DNA of 64,000 bases from Candidatus Krumholzibacteriota bacterium (lineage in GTDB: Bacteria; Krumholzibacteriota; Krumholzibacteriia; JAJRXK01), in contig CAVSGG010000009.1 of the NCBI GenBank assembly GCA_963727455.1, forward strand, positions 448,001 to 512,000, read 5' to 3'. Under the pieces are notes generated by a model that was not told where the DNA came from, searched no databases, and worked only from the letters and a program-made list of their open reading frames with translations. Of this stretch, positions 38,937 to 49,743 are shown one piece after another (the first letter of the stretch is position 1; each line of letters begins with the position of its first letter). A program made the translations under genes and the position numbers.

Positions 38937-40135
38937 CTGCTCCCTATTTCTCGCTTCTGGTCCACAAGGCGGGGATGGCAGTTCACCGCTCCTCGCACCT
39001 CGATGCCCGAGCTCACGTAGAAAGTGAGCGCGGGAACCAAGCTGTCGTAGTTGTGCTCCACGTCGTAACGATAGGCGTGGGCGCCGAAATAGTAGGTTCC
39101 TTGCGCCAGGTGCAGGTCCAAACGGAAAGTGCAGCGGTAGACCTCGCCCGGCTCGAGATCGACCGGGGGGTTGCCCATTCTCTCGGTAGATGTGTTGAAG
39201 AGGTTGTATTGACTCTCGTCCAGCAGATCGAGCACCACTGCGACCTTGGCGCAGAACTCGCGCGCGTAGAGCTCGACCTCCACGTCCACCGTCTCTCCGG
39301 ATTTGAAATGAACTCCGTCGCCACTGGGCGTGGATAGCCGCACCGCGCGAACTTCCACCGGCCCCTCACTCGTTCGACGATCTCCGCTGGCCTGGGCGAG
39401 ATACTCGGAAATGACCTCATCGGAAGGTCCCAGTGCCGCGACTTTCCCTCCCACCAGCAACATGCTCCGTGAACAGAGCTCCGCTACCGCGCGCAAGCTA
39501 TGGGACACGAAGAGCACGGTCACACCGCCGCTCAAAACCTCGCTCATTCTCTGCAGGCACTTTCGTTGGAACACCAGGTCGCCCACGCTCAACACCTCAT
39601 CCACCACCAGCACGTCGGGGTCGACATGTGCAGCCACGGAGAATCCCAGGCGAGCGTACATCCCCGAGGAATACCTTTTCACCGGCGTATCGAGAAACTC
39701 CGCCAGACCGGAGAACTCAACGATCTCATCGAATTTGGCTTCGATCTCTCTCTTCTTCATTCCCAGGATGGAGCCGTTCAGATAGATGTTCTCGCGTCCG
39801 GTGAGATCGGGGTGGAATCCCGCTCCGACCTCGATCAGAGCGGAAAGGGTTCCGTTGACGGTCAGCGAGCCCTTGGTGGGAACCAGGATTCCGCTCAAGA
39901 GTTTGAGAATCGTCGATTTCCCCGCTCCATTGGGTCCGATGATCCCGAAGGCCTCGCCCTTCTTCACTTCCATGCACACGTCGTCGAGCGCCCAGAACTC
40001 TTCGCTCTTGAGCCCGGTTCCCCGCTTCAGAAAGCTGCCGGTCAAAGCAGGAATGAGGTCCCTCAGGGAATCGTGGATCTCCCCGCGGCGGAATTTCTTG
40101 CTGACGTGATCCAACTTGAGGGCAATCTCGCTCAT
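38933..40135 (-). CDS. wzt: Polysaccharide ABC exporter ATPase with C-terminal carbohydrate-binding domain
   Basis: GPNGAGKST, FHPDLTGREN, YSSGM..RLGFS, DEVL; ~150-aa beta-rich tail. Confidence 0.92.
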   Translation of the reverse strand: MSEIALKLDHVSKKFRRGEIHDSLRDLIPALTGSFLKRGTGLKSEEFWALDDVCMEVKKGEAFGIIGPNGAGKSTILKLLSGILVPTKGSLTVNGTLSALIEVGAGFHPDLTGRENIYLNGSILGMKKREIEAKFDEIVEFSGLAEFLDTPVKRYSSGMYARLGFSVAAHVDPDVLVVDEVLSVGDLVFQRKCLQRMSEVLSGGVTVLFVSHSLRAVAELCSRSMLLVGGKVAALGPSDEVISEYLAQASGDRRTSEGPVEVRAVRLSTPSGDGVHFKSGETVDVEVELYAREFCAKVAVVLDLLDESQYNLFNTSTERMGNPPVDLEPGEVYRCTFRLDLHLAQGTYYFGAHAYRYDVEHNYDSLVPALTFYVSSGIEVRGAVNCHPRLVDQKREIGSR

Positions 40136-40144
40136 GGCATTCTC

Positions 40145-40930
40145 CTAGATATTCTCGGCGAATGCCGGCTCGGATCGCTTGAAGAAGGCATAGCCTGCCG
40201 TGAGAACGACCAGCGCCAATACCGCACTGTAGAGAATCCACGGCAATTGCGGCTCCTGGTGCTTCACGATCACCGCGTCGATTCCCTCCAGAAGCGGCGC
40301 CACGGGATTCAAGAGGAGCACTTTGGACCACTTGCCGAAAAGACTCACGTCATAGAACACGGGCGTGAAGAAGATGGCAAAGGTCAGGATGACCTCCACG
40401 AGATACTTCACGTCTCTGAAGAACAGGGCTGAGGCCGAAAGGAAAATTCCCAGACCTGCGACAAGAATGACCATCAGCAACATGAGCACGGGAACCCAAA
40501 GTAGGTGTACCGACACTCCCACCCTCACTACGGTCAGCAGCACCAGGAGCACTCCGGACGCTACCGCGAAGTCGAGAAGTTGGGAGAGCACCGCAGCTAG
40601 AGGGAAGATCTCCTTGGGAAAGTAAATCCGCGTCACGAGGTTCGTGTTGGAGATGAGACTCCCTGTAGCGAAGCGCAGAGACGATACGAAGAAGGCCCAG
40701 GGCACGGCGCGAATCGAGATGGAGGCGATGGCAGCTGCATCGAAGCGAGAGCCCGAGAGCTTTGCTGCGGCGTATTTCACGAGTATCCCGGCCGACACCA
40801 CGATCATGGGCATGAACACGGCCCACAGCACGCCCATGATCGACTGCTTGTACTTGACCCGGATCTCGCGCCAGGTGAGGCTTCGCAGAAGCTCGCGATA
40901 CCGGTAGAGTTCTCGCAGATGCTCAACCAT
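40145..40930 (-). CDS. wzm: Polysaccharide ABC exporter permease
   Basis: REIRVKYKQS..G..W, RIYFP, FRDV, TPVFY, NPV. Confidence 0.92.
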   Translation of the reverse strand: MVEHLRELYRYRELLRSLTWREIRVKYKQSIMGVLWAVFMPMIVVSAGILVKYAAAKLSGSRFDAAAIASISIRAVPWAFFVSSLRFATGSLISNTNLVTRIYFPKEIFPLAAVLSQLLDFAVASGVLLVLLTVVRVGVSVHLLWVPVLMLLMVILVAGLGIFLSASALFFRDVKYLVEVILTFAIFFTPVFYDVSLFGKWSKVLLLNPVAPLLEGIDAVIVKHQEPQLPWILYSAVLALVVLTAGYAFFKRSEPAFAENI

Positions 40931-41025
40931 CGAATCACCCTTCTGGGCTGGAAGCCGGGACCGATGCCTAATCGTGGACACCCCTGGTCAAACTTGCCTT
41001 GCCGGCCCCATCGCCAGCGAGGAAC

Positions 41026-42390
41026 TCAACGCAACGAGCGCGCGAACAACCGTTCCAAACGAATGCGGTAGGCGGTCACGGTGGCGCGCAAATTTTCGCG
41101 GCACTGCTCGTGCTCGCGCTGAAGCCGGTGAAAATTCTCCAAGAGACTTCCGGGTTCGAACTCGGCGATGTCTTCCCGGTAGGCCCAAAGGCCCAGTTCA
41201 CGGGCAAGCGAGTCCACCTTGGGATCGTAGGACAGAGGGAGCACGGGCTTTCCAAGTCCCGCCGCCAATAGGAAGCCATGGAGGCGGCTCGCCACCATGC
41301 TCTCGGCACGATTCACCACTTGCAAGAACTCTTCAACCGTTTCCGTGCGGGGAGTTTCCAGACGGGAGCTCAACTCCGGATGATCGGCTCCGATCTTCTT
41401 TGCGATCCACTCCACCGTCTTGATGTCAGGGTTGTCGCTCGACACGAGTAACACACGATTTCCTTCTCCCAAAAGGGCGCTCACGAACTCGCTCAGGCCC
41501 TCCAGGTAACGCCGATGGGCCTCTTCGTCGCGACGCGGCCAGACGCTGGGATCGCACCACGCCATGGGTCCCACGGCCACCACCTTCTTCTCGCCCCGGG
41601 TCCAGTTCGCGGGATCGAGGCCGTCGTAAGCAAATGCCAGATCGGGCTCCACCCTCGCGTGCTCTACCAGGTGGAGCTCGAGCGCGCGCTGCAGGGAGTT
41701 CTCGTCACGAAAACAAACGAAGTGGGCCTGACAAAGCGCGATGCGCGCGAAGAGACGGCTCACGGAGTCTTCCAGGGCACAAACGCCCACGCTGAGTACC
41801 AGAAACCGCACGCCGACCGAGCGACAGAGAAGAGACCACTTGGCCAGGGTCCACGGGTGACCCCACGCTCCACCCCATTCGGCGTCCACCTGACCGCCGC
41901 CGGAGACCAGCACCAAGTCGAATTCCCGCAACTTGCGCCGCATGCGTCGCAGGTAGGCCTGGTCATAGTAGACGCGGCGCAGGAGCTCCTCGGCCTGCGG
42001 CCCCAGCTTGGCCAAGGCGGCCCTGGCCAACGAGGGCCCGGCGGTCGGCGAGCTCGGTTTCGGCGCGGATGGGGGCTCAGAGCCGAACTCGTTCTCCGAC
42101 TCCTCGTTCCAGCCCACTGCCACCGAATAGCCGGGAACCACGGAGAAGCCGGAGAGAAGATCGGCCTGGATGTCGTGCCGGATTCGGGTGTCGGCTGGAT
42201 TGAGGGAAAAAACGCAAATTTCGGCGCCTGGCCGATAGCGGCGGATGGCCTGGATGACCGCATCTTGAATGGCGGCATCCCCCAAGTTGCCCCAACCCGA
42301 AGGCGTGAGAAGACCCACTCGCGCGGAACGCGGTTTACCACGCTCCACTCGAACTTCTTCGATCGCCATCGGTGCCTCCACCGCGATCAT
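41026..42390 (-). CDS. Polysaccharide pyruvyl transferase family protein
   Basis: GNLGDAAI, SGGGQ, RDENS, PDLAF, SRLHG, SYDPK. Confidence 0.88.
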   Translation of the reverse strand: MIAVEAPMAIEEVRVERGKPRSARVGLLTPSGWGNLGDAAIQDAVIQAIRRYRPGAEICVFSLNPADTRIRHDIQADLLSGFSVVPGYSVAVGWNEESENEFGSEPPSAPKPSSPTAGPSLARAALAKLGPQAEELLRRVYYDQAYLRRMRRKLREFDLVLVSGGGQVDAEWGGAWGHPWTLAKWSLLCRSVGVRFLVLSVGVCALEDSVSRLFARIALCQAHFVCFRDENSLQRALELHLVEHARVEPDLAFAYDGLDPANWTRGEKKVVAVGPMAWCDPSVWPRRDEEAHRRYLEGLSEFVSALLGEGNRVLLVSSDNPDIKTVEWIAKKIGADHPELSSRLETPRTETVEEFLQVVNRAESMVASRLHGFLLAAGLGKPVLPLSYDPKVDSLARELGLWAYREDIAEFEPGSLLENFHRLQREHEQCRENLRATVTAYRIRLERLFARSLR

Positions 42391-42657
42391 TTCTACTCCC
42401 TCGTGGCGCGAAAACACTAGCAGTGTTGCACGATTTGGACCAGAGATCGATTGCACGCGATTCCCTGAATTCCGCCGTATGGTGCGATGATTCCCCGCAA
42501 TATCTCGCACGCGGATGCCAAGGAAGTTCTGAACGATCTCGGATGGACCCGACGCTTGCCGATGAGTCTCTGAGGGCAGTCATTGGTGCTTTTCTTCACC
42601 TGCGGGGAGGCAGCACTGCTTGACCCCTCGTCATCCCCGCTCTAGCCTGGAACGGAG

Positions 42658-44250
<1,593 letters not shown>

Positions 44251-44280
44251 GAATTCCATCCGGGGCGCGGGAAACTCTAT

Positions 44281-45198
44281 TTATTTCCAGGGATCTTCGC
44301 CGTTGATCGCGGTGCGCGCGAAGTTGGGAAGGGAAAAGGCCGCCCGGTGGATCTCTGGATTGTAGTAGCGGCAGGAGCGCGCGACCTCGCGCGCGCGGAG
44401 TTCGTCGAAGTAGGCGTCGTACGGACCATCGTTGCTGGCGTAGGCCCAACTCCAGCAACCGCTCGGATAGGTGGGAATGAACCCGAGAAAGAAGTCGACG
44501 AAGCGGAAGGCCGTGCTCAATTCCGCTCGGATTCGGCCCACGACTTCCGGAGCGTAGAACGGGGTTTCGGTTTGCGCCACCATCACTCCGCCGGGTCTGA
44601 GGCACTTCGCCACACGCGTGTAGAACTCGTGGCGAAAGAGATTCACCGCCGGCCCGATGGGATCGGTGCTGTCCACGATCACGAGATCGTATTCTGCTGG
44701 ATGTTCTTCCACATGTGCGACCCCGTCCGCGAACGCCAACTCCACGCGCGGGTCGGCCGTCACTTTCTCCACCCAGGGAAAATGCTCTTTGCACACCTCG
44801 GTGACCCGCTCGTCGATTTCGCACAGGATGGCGCGCTCGACGCTGGGATGCTTGAGGATTTCGCGGAGACAGCCACAATCGCCGCCGCCGATGACAAGCA
44901 CCCTCTTGGGAGCCTTGATCCCACACAGGGGGACGTGCGTGATCATCTCGTGGTACACGAACTCGTCGCGCTCGGTGAGCATGATAAGATCGTCCAGAAA
45001 GAGAATGCGGCCGAAGAACTCACTCTCACAAACCGCGATCTTCTGGTATTCGGACTGTTCTTCGTGGAGCAGAGCGGAGACGCGTAGACCGAGTCGAACC
45101 GCCCCGAATCCTTCCTCGATGTGCCAGCCCTCGGAACGGCCGCCGCGCATCTCGCCGCTCATTTCGATAGGCTCATGGTGGCGAGAATCAGCGGTCAA
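44281..45198 (-). CDS. speE: Spermidine synthase (polyamine aminopropyltransferase)
   Basis: DEFVYHEM, IGGGDCG, EID, IVDSTDP, PTYPSG.W. Confidence 0.93.
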   Translation of the reverse strand: MTADSRHHEPIEMSGEMRGGRSEGWHIEEGFGAVRLGLRVSALLHEEQSEYQKIAVCESEFFGRILFLDDLIMLTERDEFVYHEMITHVPLCGIKAPKRVLVIGGGDCGCLREILKHPSVERAILCEIDERVTEVCKEHFPWVEKVTADPRVELAFADGVAHVEEHPAEYDLVIVDSTDPIGPAVNLFRHEFYTRVAKCLRPGGVMVAQTETPFYAPEVVGRIRAELSTAFRFVDFFLGFIPTYPSGCWSWAYASNDGPYDAYFDELRAREVARSCRYYNPEIHRAAFSLPNFARTAINGEDPWK

Positions 45199-45204
45199 CT
45201 GGAC

Positions 45205-45654
45205 TCAGACTCCTTGCGCGACACTGACGGCGGCGATGGGCTGCATCTCCGGCAGCTTCGTGATCACGCTGACGTCTTCCGGCAAAAGCATTCCGTGGCG
45301 ATCGAGATCCTCCGGAAGTCCCCGTAGGATCTCTTGCACACGATAGCTCTTGGCCTGAAGGACCTGTGCGAGGAACTCGAAACCCGGCCTGGGGTCGAGC
45401 CCACCGCAGGTGTAGATGTCCACCGCGACGTAGCCTCGTTCCGGCCAGGTATGGATGGAGAGGTGAGATTCGGCAATGACGACCGTACCGCTCGCGCCCT
45501 GAGGAGAGAAAGAATGGAAGGTCTCTCCCAATACCGTGGCACCCACCGTCTTCGCGGCGCGGATCATGTAGCCACGCAGCTGATCGACATCATCGAGTGC
45601 GCTACCCGTACAGCCGTAATACTCGGCAATCAGGTGACGTCCAATGGTCTTCAC
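45205..45654 (-). CDS. speD: S-adenosylmethionine decarboxylase proenzyme
   Basis: GRHL, IAESHLSIHTWPE, DIYTCG. Confidence 0.93.
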   Translation of the reverse strand: MKTIGRHLIAEYYGCTGSALDDVDQLRGYMIRAAKTVGATVLGETFHSFSPQGASGTVVIAESHLSIHTWPERGYVAVDIYTCGGLDPRPGFEFLAQVLQAKSYRVQEILRGLPEDLDRHGMLLPEDVSVITKLPEMQPIAAVSVAQGV

Positions 45655-45928
45655 GAATTTTCACTCCGGAGCAAAATGTGAAGGGCAAATGTTCCTTCGG
45701 GCCGCTCTTCAGCGGGCCCGGACGTGAAACCACCAATCGGATCGTGAGGAAGGGGACCTCCGGTCGAAATTGGCTCACAAGGCTAGAAAATGCCTAGGGC
45801 AGTGTCAAGGAGCTGCGAGGCGAATTGTCAGCAAAAAATGCCCTGGCGGAGGAAGCTTGGGACCGGGGCCGCGCTGAGCCTATACTGTGCTCCGGCGATC
45901 GTGCCACCAATCTCTCGGGAGGATCCTC

Positions 45929-46318
45929 TTGGAACTGCGCATTCCCGTCTCTGCCGGCGAGCTGCTGGACAAGATCTCGATTCTGAGAATCAAGGAGGCG
46001 AGGATCTCGGACGAGTCCAAGCTGGCCAACGTACGCAAGGAGCTGCTGCTCCTGCAGAGTGTGGCGGAAGGCCTCCCGATCGAAGAATCACAACTCTCCC
46101 TCTGGCTTTCCGCCCTGCGGGAGGTCAACGAGTCCTTGTGGGAGATCGAGGACGAGATCCGCGGCTGCGAGGCCCGTGGCGACTTTCAAGACACCTTCAT
46201 CTCCCTTGCCCGCGCTGTGTACCGCAAGAACGACGAGCGCTCGCGGATCAAGAGGGAGATCAATGAGGCGACGGGCTCTGCGATCATGGAAGAAAAATCC
46301 TACGTCGACCCCAAATAG
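45929..46318 (+). CDS. DUF6165-like protein
   Basis: PVSAGELLDKISILRIK, VNESLWEIED..R, LARAVY..NDER..IK..IN, EEKSY. Confidence 0.8.
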   Translation: MELRIPVSAGELLDKISILRIKEARISDESKLANVRKELLLLQSVAEGLPIEESQLSLWLSALREVNESLWEIEDEIRGCEARGDFQDTFISLARAVYRKNDERSRIKREINEATGSAIMEEKSYVDPK

Positions 46319-46345
46319 CCAGGACTCTCGCGTGAGCACTCACGC

Positions 46346-47101
46346 ATGAAATTGCTCCTCTACAGCGGCCTCTGGATCTCCGCCATCGCGGTCGCTCTCA
46401 CCGCCGCGGTCGCCACTGCCCTTCATGTAGGCCTACCCGCCGTCCTCTATGCTCTCATCGCCACGGGCAGCTTCACCGTCTACAACTTCGACCATTTGAA
46501 AGGCCTGCGTGCCGATGCCGCGACAAAGCCGCGGCGCGGTCGCTTCGTCCGCAGTCACCGCCAACTCTTGCTCCTGGCCGGCCTGATCGGCTTTTTGGGG
46601 ACCGCAATCCTGGGTCTGCTCGCCGGTTGGAAGATTGCCTTCCTCTTGCTCTTCGTCTTCCTACTCTCCTTGGTGCACCACTGGGCGAAGCGGCTACCCA
46701 TGGTCAAGCCTCTCTACATCGCACTGGCATGGTTGGGTGTCGTGGGGGGAATCCCGACCCTCCGGGGCGGATTGGCCCTCTTGGCCGTGACGCGCGATTT
46801 CGCTCCTGTGGGTTTGGCCTTGTTCGCGAACGTCCTGGCTTGCGATGCCGCTGACCGCGAGGCCGAGGCCCAGTGGCTCGGAGAAAGAACGGCCTGGAAC
46901 GCCGCTCTCGTTCTCTCGGCGGCCGGCGCCGCCTCCGCAGTCTTGCTGAAAGGAGATCCCCGATTTTTGGGCGTGATCCCTCTACTGCTGTTCTTCTCTC
47001 TTCTCCCGCGGCGTGACCATGAGACCTACGTCGCAACCTTCGTCGACGGATCACTGCTCGTCGGAGCGCTGGTGGCCCTGGTCCTCATGAAAGTGAGCTG
47101 A
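46346..47101 (+). CDS. Multi-pass membrane protein, UbiA-prenyltransferase-like
   Basis: About 8 TM helices, YNFD, KRLP.VKP, D..D...D-like motif. Confidence 0.6.
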   Translation: MKLLLYSGLWISAIAVALTAAVATALHVGLPAVLYALIATGSFTVYNFDHLKGLRADAATKPRRGRFVRSHRQLLLLAGLIGFLGTAILGLLAGWKIAFLLLFVFLLSLVHHWAKRLPMVKPLYIALAWLGVVGGIPTLRGGLALLAVTRDFAPVGLALFANVLACDAADREAEAQWLGERTAWNAALVLSAAGAASAVLLKGDPRFLGVIPLLLFFSLLPRRDHETYVATFVDGSLLVGALVALVLMKVS

Positions 47102-49265
47102 TGGGCAGGGTGCGCACACGCTTGCCACAGGCCGCGAATACGGCGTTGCCCACCGCCGGCGCCAGGGGCGGAAGCGGCGGTTCCCCGATTCCGCCGGGAG
47201 AACGTTCACTCCGCACGAAGTCCACGCTCACTCTTGGGGTTTCCGCGATCGTGAGCAAGGGATAGTCGCGAAAGTCCACCTCGCGCGTGCGTCCATTGGA
47301 AAAACTCAGCCGATGCTTCAGGACCGAACTCAGAGCGTAGACGACACCCCCCTCGCACTGCGCCTTGACCAGATCGGGGTGAACCACGATTCCACAGTCC
47401 AGGGCACACCACAGCTCGTGCACGCGGAGCTTGCCCGAGGAGAGCAGCTCGACGTGCGCAACCTCCGCGCAATAGGTCTGACAGGAGCCGTAGGCATTGG
47501 CTGCGATGCCCAGACCGTGTCCTTTGGGCATGCTCCTTCCCCAATTCGCCATCTTTGCCGCCAGCTTCAGGACCGCGATCAGGCGCTGGGGTTCGAGGTT
47601 CTCGCCGTCGCCCTCGAAGGGCGGACGCTCTTTCAGCAGCTCGAGCCGGTACTCTAGAGGATCGCGCCCCGCCGCGTGCGCCAACTCGTCGAGAAAGCAC
47701 TCGGTGACAAACGCGTTGTTCACCCTCGCAACTCCGCGCATCGCGCCCAAGCGCAGAGGAGCTGGCACCTTGGTATACGCCACGCGTACATTCTCGATAG
47801 CGTAGGGAAGATCCACCGCGCCCTGAATCTCGTAGGCCTCGGGGTGAGAGGTGCGTGGCGACCAACTGGCCGAAATCGACGGCCCGGCAATGTGGTGGCT
47901 CCACGCTCGCGGCATTCCTCGATCGTCAAGGCAGGCACGAAGTCGATGCCGGTTTGCCGGCCGATACACGCCGTGCCGGAAGTTGTCCTCGCGGGTGTTC
48001 ACCAGTTGCAGAGGCACCTTGGCCTTCCGCGCGACCACTGCCGTCTCCACGACTACGTCCGGGTAGATCCGGCGTCCGAAGCCACTGCCGATGAGAGTCA
48101 CGTGAACGGTCACTCTGTCCTCCGACAGCCCGAGGCGGTGAGCGACTTCCCTGCGCGCCCAGTTCGGAAACTGCGTAGGCGCCCAGATCTCCGCCTCCGA
48201 TTCGCTCACTTTGGCCGTACAGTTGAGCGGGATCATTGGAGCCTGATCCAGGAAGGGGAGCTCGTATTTTGCCTCCAGGACATTCGCCGCCTTCTTGAGC
48301 TCCGCTGCAGCGTCGTGGTCCTCCCGAACGGCCTCGCCGCGCTCGCGAAGCGCTTCGTCCATGCGCCGCTCCAGTTCCTTGCTCGAGAACCGCTTCGCCT
48401 TTCCTTCGCGCCACTTCACGTGCAGAGCTTCGCGGCCCTGGAAGGCTGCCCAGGTATTCTCCGCAATGACCGCCACGCCCTCGTCCACGGCGAAGACCTC
48501 GAGCACCCCCGGGACTTTCTTCGCGGCCTTCTCGTCGTACTCTCGCAGCTGTGCTCCCTGAGTGGGGGGACGCTCCAGCGAGCCGTAGCGCATGCCCGGA
48601 AGCCGGGTGTCCTGCCCGAGACGGGCGCGGCCCTGTACGATGTCCTCCCCGTCGTAACGGGGGGGATCGGTCCCGATGATGGAGAAGTCCTGAGGGCTCT
48701 TCAGCGTGGGATTGGGCGGCAACTCGAGTCCTCTGGCCTCCTCGGCCAGCTCGCCATAGCTGAGCTTTTGCCCATTTGGCCCCACGACGAAACCGGCTTC
48801 GGTGCGGCAACGGCTCTGCCCCACTCCCAGGCGGCGCGCTCCGGCCTGAAGCAGCATGAGGCGCGCAGAAGCTCCCGCTTGCCGCAAGAGCTGATAGGAA
48901 CGAAAGACGCTCTGGCTACCCGCCGTCCCCATGAAATAGCGAGCATCGGCGTCTCCCTGTTCCACCGTGATCGTCGAAGGATCGGCGTCCAGTTCGTCCG
49001 CCAGAATCATCGGCAGCGCGGTACGAACTCCCTGCCCCATTTCCGAGCGGACGACCCTGATGATCACCCGGTTCTCAGGCGAGACACGCACGAAGAGATC
49101 GGGGTCCTCCTTCTGTGCTTCTACAAGCGGGCTCAAGAGCCCGCCCACGTGACGCGGCAGGGTGAGCGCCAACACCAACCCGGTGCCCCCGATGGCGCTG
49201 AGCGCCAGAAATCCTCGCCGAGAGAGCACTCGCTTGCCGTTCTGGTCGTTCCCTCGCTCGCTCAT
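47085..49265 (-). CDS. Xanthine-oxidase-family molybdopterin-binding subunit (IorB-like), Tat-exported
   Basis: SRRGFL Tat motif, SEMGQG, GSGFGRR, GGIGEPP. Confidence 0.9.
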   Translation of the reverse strand: MSERGNDQNGKRVLSRRGFLALSAIGGTGLVLALTLPRHVGGLLSPLVEAQKEDPDLFVRVSPENRVIIRVVRSEMGQGVRTALPMILADELDADPSTITVEQGDADARYFMGTAGSQSVFRSYQLLRQAGASARLMLLQAGARRLGVGQSRCRTEAGFVVGPNGQKLSYGELAEEARGLELPPNPTLKSPQDFSIIGTDPPRYDGEDIVQGRARLGQDTRLPGMRYGSLERPPTQGAQLREYDEKAAKKVPGVLEVFAVDEGVAVIAENTWAAFQGREALHVKWREGKAKRFSSKELERRMDEALRERGEAVREDHDAAAELKKAANVLEAKYELPFLDQAPMIPLNCTAKVSESEAEIWAPTQFPNWARREVAHRLGLSEDRVTVHVTLIGSGFGRRIYPDVVVETAVVARKAKVPLQLVNTREDNFRHGVYRPANRHRLRACLDDRGMPRAWSHHIAGPSISASWSPRTSHPEAYEIQGAVDLPYAIENVRVAYTKVPAPLRLGAMRGVARVNNAFVTECFLDELAHAAGRDPLEYRLELLKERPPFEGDGENLEPQRLIAVLKLAAKMANWGRSMPKGHGLGIAANAYGSCQTYCAEVAHVELLSSGKLRVHELWCALDCGIVVHPDLVKAQCEGGVVYALSSVLKHRLSFSNGRTREVDFRDYPLLTIAETPRVSVDFVRSERSPGGIGEPPLPPLAPAVGNAVFAACGKRVRTLPISSLS

Positions 49266-49723
49266 CACTTCGCCTCGCGCGCCACGCGGTGAATTGCTCG
49301 CCGCACCCGTTGATAGGTTCCGCAGCGGCAGAGATTGGCGCCGAGCTTGCGGTCGATCTCCGCATCGGTGGGATCTGGGTTGTCTTGGAGCAGAGCGGCG
49401 ACGGTAAGGATCATGCCCGATTGACAGGCCCCACATTGTGACACCTGCTCCTCCAACCACGCCTGCTGAACGGGATGAAGTGACTCTTCAGCCAAGCCCT
49501 CGATCGTAAGAATCTCTTTGCCTTTGACTTCGCTAAGTGTGGTGATGCAGGAGCGTCGTGGGCGACCGTCGATCAGGACCGTGCAGGCTCCGCAGTCCCC
49601 CTGGCCGCAACCGAATCTGGTACCGGTGAACTGAAGCGCGTCTCGTAGGACCCAGAGCAGGGGCATGTCCGATGGGAGGTCCACCGCATGTTCCTGGCCG
49701 TTCACTTTCAGAAGATGTTTCAT
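49265..49723 (-). CDS. (2Fe-2S)-binding subunit (IorA-like)
   Basis: CGQGDCGACTV, TIEGL, QCGACQSG, NLCRCGTY. Confidence 0.92.
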   Translation of the reverse strand: MKHLLKVNGQEHAVDLPSDMPLLWVLRDALQFTGTRFGCGQGDCGACTVLIDGRPRRSCITTLSEVKGKEILTIEGLAEESLHPVQQAWLEEQVSQCGACQSGMILTVAALLQDNPDPTDAEIDRKLGANLCRCGTYQRVRRAIHRVAREAK

Positions 49724-49743
49724 GGGCTCCCCATCCTCCCCCC

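Noticed and set aside
42505-42520. sigma54-like TGGCATCCGCGTGC upstream of the polysaccharide operon
   Set aside because: GG-N9-GC spacing; sigma54 needs N10
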